IMG/VR virus record: IMGVR_UViG_3300000228_000006
Location: 526 to 64,525 of that record
Strand: one strand, 5' to 3'
Length of the DNA stretch: 64,000 bases
Origin: a virus
Each line of letters begins with the position of its first letter. Positions within the stretch are counted from its first letter, which is position 1. Under the pieces are notes generated by a model, which was given only the letters and a program-made list of their open reading frames with translations, had not been told where the DNA came from and made no database searches. Positions 28,001 through 41,891 of this stretch are shown in pieces. The translations under genes were made by a program, and so were the position numbers.

Positions 28001-29720
28001 ACTTTTTAGTTTCTAAATTAAATGTAATAATTTCCCCCAATTTAAATCCTCCAGAAAGTAATTCACTCTTAAATGTATTAAGAAATAGCATACTTTTAAT
28101 TGTATCTATATTTCCATAACTTAAACCATTTAGTCCAGAGTCTCCATTTAATCTATGGATGGTTATGCTTAATAAATTTATAGTGTGAGTTTTACGATTT
28201 CTCATAGGAATAATGCCCATTGCCCTAGCTTCTGGAATATCTATTAATTCCCATTCACTATTTAAATAATCTTTTAATAAATTATTTAAAAATATTTGCT
28301 TCTCTTTAATTGGGTATTTTAAAGCTGGATTTGAAGGATCACTAAGAACTGAACCAATAGCCTCACTTACAGTCATTACATTTCTATTAACTTGTTTTTT
28401 AACATGTTCAACATAAATTTCAACTTTTTTTCTAAATTCCTCCTCTGTATTAGCAGTAAAAGGGCCTTTAGGTAACCCATCTATATTATCATAATTATTA
28501 AATTTAGTCCATTGCCCATTTGTGTAGGCTTTTGCCATGATAGCCTCAACAGAAGAATCTTCATAATTAGTTTTTATTTTATATCCAGGAATTAATTCAT
28601 TTAAATCTAGTTCTAATTGTTTTTTCCTTTCTTCATTAACTTCAACTTTAATTCTAGTAGGTATTAATCATTCTGCAACCTGTGTTATAGCCCCATCTTC
28701 CCTTAACCCAGATTTAGTTTCCATTTTTCTATTGATTATATCTGTAAAAGTTAAAGAATTTGGGTCACCAAGTCTACTAAATTGAATTGGTATAATATTT
28801 AATTGCATATTTTTAATATTAATATGCTGTGCTAAAAGCTGCCTATATAAAGCTAACTGCCAATCAACCGTTAATAATTTAGCACTATCTCAATTATTAT
28901 AATTATGTTTAGAAACTTTAATTTCATATACATGTGCATCACCTTTTTCATCAATAGCTACCAAATCAAGTTTACCACTAACTTGAGCTATAGAATTTTC
29001 ATCACTAATAAGGAGTAATTCTGTAATTATTTCATTATTAGGACTTATTCTTCTGCCTATTGTTTCTACTAATTCAGTAATAGATTTTGTTCATTCTTTT
29101 TCGGTAGATTCTCCAAGTATATCTTTATTCTCAGGGTCAATAATAAATTTATCTAATTCTTTTTTAAACTTTGAACTAACTCCTTCTTTTAATGATATAG
29201 ACAATAATTTATGTAAGAATATACCAAATTTCTTAGTTTTTTCTTCTTCTTTTATAATTTCTTCAATTTCGGATAAATATAAATTAATTACATTATCATT
29301 TATATTAGGGTTACCTTCTTGCCTTAAAAACTCCCTAGTTATTTCTAAATCTTTAGATACGAGGACTTTACTAAAATCATAACTTGGGGATTGATTTTCA
29401 AGAACTCGTTTTTTTACGTAATGGTTTTTTCTATTAATCTCTATATATTGTGGAGTTAACCTATCCCTTTCTAATCCTAACTTTACTAAAAAGTCAGTGT
29501 TAAGTTTAGACATATATTCTGTTGTAGAAATGACATCATGGCTATTAAGGTATTCATTTGCCTTCTCAGCTTCTTTCAATAAAATTTGTTTTACACTTGT
29601 CTGAATTTCTTCTTTACTGTAAATAGCTGCATTTCTAAGAATTTTTGTTTCCTTATAAAATTTATCAGCTAAGCCAATTAAATCCAACGGTGCATTATCT
29701 AATTCATATGTACATCCCAT
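25092..29720 (-). CDS. Giant virion/cargo protein A (1542 aa, 10 TGA) with a PD-(D/E)XK-like nuclease domain
   Basis: Five track ORFs share one frame; the gaps I read contain only TGA stops. Starts MGCTY. Contains GKLDLVAID...YEIKVS...WQLALY. Confidence 0.85.
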
Positions 29721-29721
29721 T

Positions 29722-32700
29722 TTAATTACAATTTATTTCTAGTTTATTTTCTAATATTTTCTCTTCAATCCACTTTCTAAACTCGGCTTCAAACATAGTT
29801 ACACTGTTATTAAACAAGTTATTACTTTCTTTAAAATCAATTGGAAGTAATGATTCAATGGTAGTGTTTAATATATCTACAGGACTCAAGTCTTTAATAG
29901 TGTCTATATCAAATTTTAATCCCATATTTTCCATATGATTCATTAATAAATCAAGGAAGTTATTAATATCTCTTGGAAAATCTTCTACTGAAATCATTGC
30001 ATTTGCTATATTTGTTACAAATTTTTCTTCAATTTCATCTAATGTATTCACAGTTAAATTCATTTCTTGTTTATAAGATAATAAAATATCTTCATAAACT
30101 TCTCTAGATTCATTTGTTGCATACTTTAAATTAATTAAGAACACATGTAAAAACTCATGTAATACATCAACTTTATCAGTATTTTTATTATTTAAATTAA
30201 TATAGATTTTACCGCCCTCAATTTTAGCATATTCGTTTGGCTTAAAATTACTACCATTTTCATCTATAATAACTTCCATCTTGTATTTAGCAAAAATATT
30301 TTGTAAATGTTCTACAAATTCTTCCATTACTACTTTTCGTGAAGTTGGCTTTTCTTTAAAATTTTCTTTTTTATACTCTTTACTAAAAGTGTCAATTTTG
30401 CTATTCCCAACAATTCAATAATATTCAAATATTGAATTATCTCCATCATTACTTAATAGTACACTTAAAGGTATAGTTTTAAACTCTGTTAATAACTCAC
30501 CATTATAAGAATAAACATTATATTCTAATATAGCATTAGTATCTGATAGATTATTAATTCTATAAATTTTCTCATTAACATTTCCATTAAGCCTTAATTT
30601 AACATAAGCTCCTTTATTTAAATACTCTAGTTTCTTTTTATAGTCTAGTTTTTTAAATCCATTAACGGTAAATAATCCCTTAGTTTGTCTAGGTATAATA
30701 CCATTTTTATCCTTTGTTACTAATATCCTTTTAATGTCCTTTCCAGTTTTTTCTTTAATTTGTTTTAAAACTAAATCAGTTATATTAGTATAATTGCTAT
30801 ATTTTTCAGTAGTACTAAAAATCTTTTCTACTACAATCCCCATATTAGGGATATTGTAATTTAAGACTTGTAAGTTATTTAACATACCTAATTTCTCATT
30901 TGGCAATAAGTATGCAACTTCCACTTTATTACTTACAATTTCTCCTTCAACTGGTTCTGCAAAGAATGATTCTTCTAATGTCCAATTATTAGTAGTAACT
31001 GTATTTAATGCGTAAGGTGATGATATTTTTCTTGTAGTATAAAATTTTAAATCTTCATTATTAAAATCTAAAATACTTGTCAATCCTACAATACCTCCAG
31101 TAGCTTCTACAACTCTTCCAGAGACCTTATCTATAATTTTATAAACATTATATTTATTACCATTTTTGATAACCGCATAATCATTATTTTGTAATAAATT
31201 TAAATCATCAAAAGATGATAAGTTATTTTCTCTTATACTATTTCCCCCTAATAATTTATTATGTATATTAACGATTTCTTCTCCTTCTGTAATATTCATT
31301 GTATTTTTATCAATGAACACAGATAATATTCTAGACCTTTTAATGCTTTCAATTTTAAGACCATCTGAATAGTTAATTAAGATATAGACGTTATCAATAT
31401 CACTATCTATAACTTTATTATATACTTTTTTATTTTTATGAGATATTTGAATAATATCTCCTATATTAGCTAATTTGCCACTACCATTTGAAATATTTTG
31501 AAAGTTTTTAAGAGTTGCAACATCTAATGGTTGAAAATCTATATCGTTAATTTTAGAGCTTCTTACTGATGTAATAGTGTTAAAATCATAAATTTTATTA
31601 TGAGTACCATTAAATTTAGTATTTAATATAATAACTCCTGGATAAACTGCTAAGACATAACCATCATATTTTGTACCTCTTGATGTAGTGTATTTTATAA
31701 AACTACCTCTTTCTATATATCTTTGAACTACCTGTTTAGATAATCCAGCTTCATTACTTACAATATTACCATTAATTTTTTCTTCTGAAGTTAAATCTGT
31801 TAAATCTGCTTCTACTATATCTTTTGCTTCAAATTTTCTATATTCAACTGATAAATTATCATTTTTAACTTTAATTGTATCAAATGCTAATTCAATATTA
31901 GATTCTCCATCTAGAGTCCTACCTACTACTTTAATCCCTCCAGCATCAGCTTCTATACTTGTTGGTATAATTCATTTGCCTTCTTTATATTTACCTTTTT
32001 CTGGCAATTTAATAATATCAACCCCTAATCTAATATTAGAATTTAAAAAATTTAAAGTTTCTAAAATTAGATCTTGTTTACCAGAAACTTCAAATTTTTC
32101 TTTTGGGTTATAATAAAAATTTCTAACTAGTGTATCATTATATACAATATGTTCTTGTACATCTAATAATTGTTTGGCTTTAAGATTTACAATATTATTT
32201 CTATCATATTCGTTAGATAATAATGTTTGCTCTGTAAAAATAGGCACTCCATACTTTTTTGGATCTAATGCTGCAAATAATTGTTTTGAAATACTTCTAA
32301 ATTCACTCCCCTGCATTCTTCCAATTCCTTGTATATCTTCAGAACCTGTTCCTACTAAACTAACTAATGTATTTAATGTTTTCCTACCTTCTATAGTATT
32401 AAATAACTTATACATTTGACCATCTTCAAATGAATCTTTTGTCATTTTTCCTAAAAAGAAATCTTTAACATCCAATCCTTCTAAATTTATGGCATTTTTA
32501 CTTACTCCCTTTAATGTTGTATTATATGCAGTAAGTACAGTGGTTAAATCTTCTAAACGAATGTGCTTTGCAAATTTTGATTTAATTGCTACTAAAAATA
32601 AAGATAATGGATTATTATTTTGATAAAATCAAAATTCTGGTTTAGGAGTTTTACCTTCTACACCTCTGACAATAATAGTATTATTTTCTTTACTTAAATG

Positions 32701-33087
32701 ATTAATAGCAACTAATGTATTAGTTAATCTCTCTTGTTTTGTATGCATTATATCTAATGCTTTTAAAACATTCAAAGGAATTATACTATCTATAGCATTA
32801 TTTTCTAATTCAGCTATTTTAGTATATAATGATTGAATTTCATTTTTAATTGAAGTTTTATTCACTATACCTAATACTCCAATATTCTTAAAATAATCTG
32901 GAGTTATTTCTACATTAACTTTATTCAAAATATTGCTTATCTGTTCTGATTTTACAGTATAATCTCGTCCTCATGCTTTTAAGGCGGTTTCGATTGAAGA
33001 CATTGAGGCTTTAGATTCATCCTCAATATCGGTGGGGATTTTTAGTTCCCCACCATCTGGTAATTTAATAATATATGTACATCCCAT
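29722..33087 (-). CDS. Giant virion/cargo protein B (1121 aa, 4 TGA) with a C-terminal zincin-like HEFLH motif
   Basis: Four track ORFs in one frame joined via TGA; MGCTY...EINCN*. Confidence 0.85.
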
Positions 33088-33092
33088 TTGTT

Positions 33093-36000
33093 TTATTTAC
33101 ATTTTATTGTTATTATTAACGCATTTTCTTTAATATATTTAATAATATTTTGTATATTAAGGTATCGTTGTTTGTCTACTGATATTGGATCTAAAGTAGT
33201 ATTTACTACATAGTCTGTATTTATAATCCTTAAAAGCTTTTTAGCTCCTGTTAATGGATCTTTTACATATAATTGTCCACCTTTATGAAAAGTATAAAAT
33301 ACAATATCATTTTTCATAGCTTGCTCAGCTTGAGTTAGTGTTTTTATCTCTTCTTTTGTCTTAATTGGTTTATTTAATACTTCTTTATTATCATCTGTAT
33401 AATCGAATAAATCAATTTCACCAGAGTCTATTTTACTAGAAAAATGTAAATAATTATTACCTACAGTATTTGGCTCTTTAATATAATCTTCAAAAATTGG
33501 TGTCAGTCTTAAATCTCCATATGATTCATTATTTACAACTAAATTATAAACATAAAATAAATCTCGTCAACTCATATCTACTCCCTGAACATTTTGTAAT
33601 TTTTTCTTATTAAGGTCTAATTCATTAAATTCACTTAATAAATTTTGAAACTTATCTAAATTTACTGGATTATTTAATTGAGACATACTAAATGCAGAAA
33701 CAATAGCACTCATTCTTGAGCCATAAGCAGTTCTTAAACTACGAATAGTTAATGATTCCATAAATTTAGGATTATAGTCAGCTTTCTTTAAGATTGGAAC
33801 AATTAACTCTTCCATTATTTTTTTAAAGTTTGCTATTCCGTGATCTGTATCTAAAGTTACTAATAAATTATTATCTCCTTTTACAGTAATAATCTCAACA
33901 CTATCCTTACTAATTTTAGAATTAGCATTATATAATACGATTTCTTCTTCTCCTGCTAATTTTAATAATTCTTTCACGTCAAAACTAATATTTGAAGGGG
34001 ATGTTTTATCATTTGAGTCTTTGGATTGTGCTCATTTACCAACTAAAAACTTATCAAAAGCTAGTAAAGCCTTTGATAAAGCTATATCATTAATTTTAAG
34101 AGGTAATGCCCTATTTCCCATTTGATGTTTTAAATTTTCATTTAAAGTTTGTAACTCATCCGTTTTTTCTCTAGCTATACTTCTAAGATAATCAAATGCA
34201 AAGTTATACTTTTTTGATAACTTATTTAGTATATTATGAGATATTTTTACTCCATCAATCATAGCTTTAAAATGTGGCACTGATTCAATTACATCAAATA
34301 CATTAACTGTATCTTTTAACAGGTTATAATAATCTGCAGTAACTTTTCTGTAAGTGTCATTCTCATCCTTAATATATTCCCTAAAATCAAATTGACCTCC
34401 TAAAATTTTATATTTTACAGCATTATTTAATACTTCAATAATCTTAGATTCACTAACAGTTTTATTATTTTTTTTAATCAGTTTTATAAACTTTTTATCT
34501 GCTTCAGAGTTATTTCCAAAATCTCTTAAATAGATTAAATCATTTCCAAAAATTGCATGTTCTCTGGCAAACATAGTTGTTTCTAAATTGGTTAAAAACT
34601 TATTTAACTCTTTAATATTTGCAGATGTTTTTTGATTTACTTTTAAAAATCCAGATAACATTCTAAATTCTTGAGCTCCACTATACATAGATTTAAATGT
34701 AGCTAAGTCTGGACTAATACCATTAGCTTTTTCATAAGTTTGTAAAATCGTCGCTACAAACACACTATCATTTCCGTCAGACTCTAAAAATAAATTAGTT
34801 TCTAAACTTTTAGCTATATCTATCGCAACTTTGGAGTTCATAAATTTAGCAATGGTATTTTTATCAATACCAAGAGATAACATATATAAATGCATTGATG
34901 CTAATTCAACAGAGGCATTCAATTTAGCCATAGCTAATTCTTTTGCATTATCAGTTGCAAGTGATGTAAATCCGGACATTGCAATAGCAGCTTGACTTTT
35001 AAATACATCTAACTTTTGCTCGCCTTTAGATATAAACTGTTCTAATTGAGTTATTTGATGTTTTCTAATTCTTACATCAGATAAAGTTGAAATATTATAA
35101 CTCGTTTCTTCCATCACAAATTGCTTATTAAACAACTTATAATCATTGTCTACCACAGTATAATCTGGATCACTATAATGGTTATTATAATATGAAGTTA
35201 ATGCAAAATAAACTTTTAGGCCATTAGCTGCAATACCTACATCATCTTTACCAACAGAGGCATCTTTTTGTTGTTGCATTATGCTTATGTGGTCTAAACT
35301 TGATAATAAAAATTGAACTCCACCCTTTGCTTTTAATCCTTCACTTGCTGCATTTTGCCAATCTTCTACCTCTACAGGTTCATTTGCAATTAAATAATTA
35401 CTTGGAGCTGATATAATATTTTTAATTCTACTAATTACTGAATTATTTATTGCACTTTTCTTGTATAAATAATCTGTTGATAAATTATAATCATTAATTA
35501 ATTTTATAAAATCTTTTGTAAATTTCGAATATAATGGATTATTTCCTAAATTTATATGTAATGATTGGGATTTATTAATTTTTAATAGTATATCTCTTAA
35601 TTTATTAATAGAATCTACTGAAAAATTTGAGTTAATTGTAAAATAAGGCACTTTTTCTCCTTTCAAATCTTGAACTATACTACCTCAAACTTCTTCCATA
35701 GAATCTATAGTGTCATTATCTACACTATCAATAAATGCTTCAAATTCATCAGATAAATCTATACTATCAGCTATACCAGCTGGAGTATATAAAGCTTTAG
35801 GAGTAATAATTTTCTGTCCTCTCGTCTTTCCTTTTGTAATTCTATTATTTGGAAATGGCAATGTTTCTATAGCATTAAGTACTTCTTTTGAATTATAATT
35901 TAAAGGTGCTCACGAATCATATTGTCCATTTTTATCAAAGCCATATCCCATTATATATGCTTTATCAATATCAAAGTCAGAACCTTGCAACCAAAGTTGT

Positions 36001-39000
36001 CATGTTGATACATAAGCATCATTACCAGAAGCACTATTGTTATTATAGCCAACATTTCTCATTTCCATAAAAGATTGCATAGATTGAGCTGGAATACGGG
36101 CAGCTACAAATTCATGTGATTTTTCCCAAGAAATTCTTTTATTTAATGCCATTTTATTAATTATATCATCCTTGATTTTATTAAAGTCATCATGCAAAGT
36201 ATCTTGTCTAAAATTAGATAAATCAATAGTAATACCACTAAATTTGGAAAATTCTTTTAATGTTATTTTATGAATACTAGAATCAATTAATCCCCTACCC
36301 AATAAATTACCTTCTTTATCAAATCTCTCAACATACTCTTTAAAAACACTATTCATTGTTGGAATAATAGCATCTATTTTTCCATTAAATGATTTAATTA
36401 GTTGTTTAATCGTATCATTTAATCCTTCTTCTATTATATGATATTCTGTAACTACTTTACTTAAATGTTTAGATGCAGCTTTTATATATAAGGTTTCTTT
36501 CCCACTATCATCAACAATGACTTTAGAATTTTCTGGCAAAATATACATTTTATTACCTAATTCATCTAATCTAATCTTTACAGTTTTTAATTCACCATCA
36601 ATCTCTTCTCTGTCAGTTATAATAGAAACTTTACTATTAGATGAAGGTAAATCCACAACATATTTTACATATATTTTCGGGTTGTTATCTCCTAATGAAA
36701 TGATGAAATCAGAATTATCATCAGTTAACTCAAATTGTTTTTGTAATTTATCTACAAAATAATTTGGGTTATTTCTAATAGTTGTAATTGAATCCATATT
36801 GGTTTCAAAATCACTTTTATAAATATTTGGCAGAATTAGTTCTGCTGGTTTAAATTTATAATTAGTTACATTAATAGTTCTGCCATTGTATAAATGTTTT
36901 GCGTCTTCAAAAATATTCTTTATTAAGGCATCCCCATTAAAATAAGTTTTAAAATCTGTATTTATATCAACAGGTATCATTATTAAATGATTATCTAATA
37001 GTTGAAGATTTCGTTGAGTTCATGCATTTAATAAATTATCTGCCTTTTTAAAAGCTTTTTGTGCTTCTTCATTTTTCTTATCTCGTACCTCTTCTATTAA
37101 TTTCAAAGGAATCTTGTTTGCCTTCATAAAGTTACGTAGTATCAGATAATCACTATCAGTTTTATCGATAGATCCCTCTTTGAATTTATTTAAAATATAT
37201 CTCAATCGAATAGAGTCAGTATCAAATATATTTTTAGCTTCATAGATTGATAAATTTGTTTCTTCATCTAATCCTGTTGTAATTTCAAAAGTAATTTCAG
37301 AAGGCTTTAAATCTCTTGGAACAGAGAATGATTTCATAACAGTTTGACCTGCAAACTCTTTTTTAAACTTATAATATTTTTCAATAGTATCAAGAGTATG
37401 TGTAGTTTTTAAATCTAATCCATCTACATTTAATACTATATCATAGCTATCACCAGGCTGTATTTCACTGGCATCTACAGGTTTAGATTGGTAAGTTTTT
37501 TCTAAATATTGTTTAATTATCTCTTCATTACTACTATTAGGGTTATACATAATAGTATTTAATTGATAATCTGCAAAAGCAGCTTTAGCTAAATCTTCTT
37601 GTTTAATAATATTTCCATTTGAATCTTCAAACAGTTTTATAATCCCATGAGAGGGGTTTAAGACTGCCCCAATTCCTCTGTAGTATCTTGTAATAAACTC
37701 ATCATTCATTCTTGATATTACATCTTTAACAAATGCCTGAAAGAAATTTTGATTACTAAATGGCACTTGTAGATCTTTTGGCAATGATTCTAATATATTC
37801 TTAGCTAAACTAACATTATCTGATTTACTCATTTTATCAATGAATTTTCTAGCCATATAGTTATATAAATCATCAGTTTTATTCCCTAAATATTTTTTAT
37901 AAGGAGCAGCAGCTTTTTTAATAGTACTAGCTAAATTTTCATAGACTTCTTGAGCTAAATGAGCAGTATTTCCATTTTGAGCTAAAGCTGAGACTACCTG
38001 AGTTACTTCTTTAATCTCAGATGCATCTGCTTCATGTCCAGCATCTAGCTGTGGCCCCATATGTCTATTTTCATAAGTAGTAAACATTAATTTATCTTTA
38101 GATTTTCACAAATCATTAGAATTTATATTTGTACCACCTGCTTTAATGGATGACTTATTAGATATGATATGAATCATTTGTTCTTTTAAATCATTATTAA
38201 CAACTATATTAAATAATTCTTCATTAGAACCTTCATTGAATTCCCCATTAACACCCATTGAATATTCTCCACCTAATGCTTCCCATACTTCATATAGAGT
38301 ATTAGCTGGTTTAACAACTTTATTTAATAAGTCATTATTATAAATTATATAAATTTTATTGTCCTTAATAAGATAAGAAGTAATTTGTTTATTAATACCA
38401 CTATCCATCACAAATAAATTGTCTGGAGTTAGTGGGGTAGTTTTAAGTCCATCTAAATTAAATGCACTAAACATTTGGTATTGTTTATTTTTATAGCTAA
38501 TTTCTGAATGATTAGAGTTTCTAATAATATCATTAGTAACTACAGTTTCTGCATCTTTTTTAACAACACAAGAGTAATCTGTAATAAAAGTACCAAATTG
38601 TTTTTTAGTTCCTTTATAGCTTTTTCCTGGATATGAATTTTCAACTAACTTACTATATACATAATTGATAGTCGAACTGCCATCATGTACTTCTTGATTG
38701 TTTTTAGTTTGTCCTGCAATATTATACATCTGAGCAGTTAAATCCTCAATTACTGCCAAATTAACATTATTCGGAGTACCATTTTTTTGATTTCTAGAAG
38801 GCAATTCAATTGTTGCAGTAAATATTACATTACGTTTAGCCATACTAGCTAATCTGCCACTCATTTCAATAGCTAAATCATCAAAATTTATAGAGGGCTT
38901 ATCTCCTCTATAGTTTAATTTAGCTTTATGTGGATGCATATATTCTCCTTTTGCAGAAATATATAAGTATTCATTTTTAAATAAATTGCTCATCCACATC

Positions 39001-41867
39001 CATTTCTTTACTAATGGATTTAAATTTCCAAATTTATCCTGTATTTCTTGTTTTTCTCCTTGTGTATTAGTTAAATTAAGGGTAGAATAGTATTCGTCAA
39101 GTTCCTTTGAGTTTAAATTTAATGAAGTTAAATTATTATTAGCATATAAATATTTAGCAATCATACTATCTTCTTGTAGTTTAATAAAAGTATTAAACTC
39201 TTTAGAAGGTTTTGAGCCTTTATATAAATTATAATTATCAACTATTAATTGATTTAATGCCAATCTTTTGTTACCATTATCTAAATAAAAACTATAATGT
39301 AATTCTTCTGTAAAATTAGCTCCAGCAAAAACAGCCTGTGCTTTTTCTTGTTGAAATAAATTTTTACCATTAACACCTACTTCATTTAAATAATTATTTA
39401 TGAATAATATTTTTTTATTATTATCTTTTAATAAATTAAAGGCTTCTCCTCTTCCATTAGTATTGAATAAGATTTTATATTGTTTAAATATGTCCTCTAA
39501 TGTATCTTCATAATAATTACGAGATTGCTCTCTAAATAATTCTATTAAATCTTCATTTGATAAATCTTTTATAATCTTACCTTTCCATTCTGTAGAAGTG
39601 TTGATAAACTTAGTTAATATTGTAGACTTATCAGAATAATTGCCAATAGTTATAGCAAATGATTTATTTTCATTTCTTTTATCTTTAGAAAATGATTTAA
39701 GAAAATCAAATATAAATGTAGTATTAAAATTTTCAATTACATTAAATTTAGAAGCAGGCTTACTCTCAGTTATTCCATCACGTACTTCAAGTTTAGTTCC
39801 TGTACCTAATATAACAGATTCAGTAGGCAATTTGTCTATATCACTTCCAAAGAAAATTGATCTATGTAATTTATCTTTGTTCTTATTATAGTTTATATAA
39901 TGGCTTTGTAATAATGAAGTGTCATTATACATTAAAGTAGCTGTTTTAAAAGTAGGAATTTTATCCCCTTTTAATGTATCTACAGTCATAATAGTTTTAG
40001 TAATATAATTATCTACAAACTGTTTGATAGCCTCTATTAATAATGGATTACTTAATATTTCCCCTAATGCCTCACTTGGTTCTACTGCCGCATCTGGTGT
40101 ATCTCCACTTAAAATTTCTTCATTTTTTACAATTGCAGGTACAACATCAGTTTTTAATAAGTCAAATAATTTCTCTAAATCATTTTTTAAACTCTTAAGA
40201 TTATATTTACCTTTATTTACTCCGCCTGACATATCCATGTTTAGAATAATATCATTAAAAGTTTGAGTATTAATATTAAATCTAAATCTTTTATACATAA
40301 ACTGTTTAAAGTTGTACTTAAATTCTCTTAATTCTCTACTATCTGCTACACTATATGTTCCATCAGGATTTTTTTCAAGTAACTTAGTATCTAAGTTAAT
40401 ATCTTTAAATAAAGTAGTTAATCCCTTTGATTTATCAAATCAACTATCAGCTTTATTTAAATTATTAGATAGGTTAGCATATATTCCATTTTGAGTTGCA
40501 ATAGTACTAGCATTATGCTTATGCATTTCTTGTATTTCGTACTTCCCATTTGTATTATAAATTTGATAACTTGCCCCAAAAGTATTATTAACAATTTGCC
40601 CTAATATAGCTAATACTGAAAAATTTTCACTATTTTTTTCTTTTTCTATTATATTATTATTTTCTATAAAAGATTGTAAAGAATAAATTAATTCCATTTT
40701 AGAAGAAAATATACTATATGGCTTATGGGCTTCTTCTGTAAAATTACTAGCTTTTGCTTCAATAATTTTTGTAAGATAATACAATAACATTCTTTTAGGA
40801 TATTCTTCAAATCTAGTCCATTCACTATCTTGCAGATATGTATTTATATTCTTAGTCTCTAATTCTTTTATTAATCCTCCTAAACTATACAAATCCTTCA
40901 TTTCTAAAAATCCACCTGTAGCTACATTCTTTTTGTTAATTTGAGGAATTGTAGCAACAATAGCCTTTGTTAGTGAGTCTTCTAGTTTTTCAATTCCTTC
41001 AGATTCGTGATCTTCTTTAGATCAGTAAACTTCTTGATTTCCTTTAATATTTAAAGAATATTTAAAACTGTTTGTAGGAGAGTCATTAAATTTATTAAAT
41101 ACTGAATAGTCAATGTTAAGCACCTTTTTAAAGTACTTATTAATGATATTATCAAAATTTATTAACATAACTGCTGCATTATAAGCATCAAATTTATTTC
41201 TATCATCTACATTTAGAATACTTCCTCTCAAGTTTGGAATTGGCCTTCCATTATAAGATTCTCTTTTTTCATCTGCTGTAAATAATTGTGATTCTAAAGT
41301 ACTAATAGCCACTTTAAATGTAGCATATGCATCACTATTAAAAGAGCCGTCACTATTATAAAGTTTTAATTTGTTGTTGGGCTGATTAACATAATTTAAT
41401 AATGTTTGAAACAACTCTTCCTTTAAATTCTTTATATTATTATTTAAATCTTCTTTGTTATTAACATAGACTCCTGTTTTACTGTTACCTATAGCTACAG
41501 CTGTCATAACTAACCCTGTTACTTTGGATTTAAAATAGTTTTCTGCTACATTCATAGTGTGAAATAAATCAGTAACCTCCGATGAAAGGAAGTTACTGTT
41601 TATTGCACTTTTAAAACCAGCAGTTGTTGTGCCTAAATTAGTTAGAAACTTACTAATATTTATTTTATAATAATCAAAAACATCTATTAAATCTTCTAAG
41701 TGGGCTTGATTATTTGTATTTTGAAGATAAGAAAAATAATCTTCTAAAGTAATTTCCATCTTTTCTTCAATAAATCTAGATAATTTATCAATATCTTTAA
41801 TTTGTTGAGCTTTACTATCTATTAAAGATATTACTTTTCTTACATTTATTAATTCACAATTTGCCAT
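33093..41867 (-). CDS. Virion-packaged two-barrel RNA polymerase (2924 aa, 9 TGA)
   Basis: Eight track ORFs in one frame. RIPAQSMQS and catalytic GSDFDIDK (35961-35984). MANC...IKCK*. Confidence 0.9.
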
Positions 41868-41891
41868 TTTATTTTCATTATTTATTTATTT

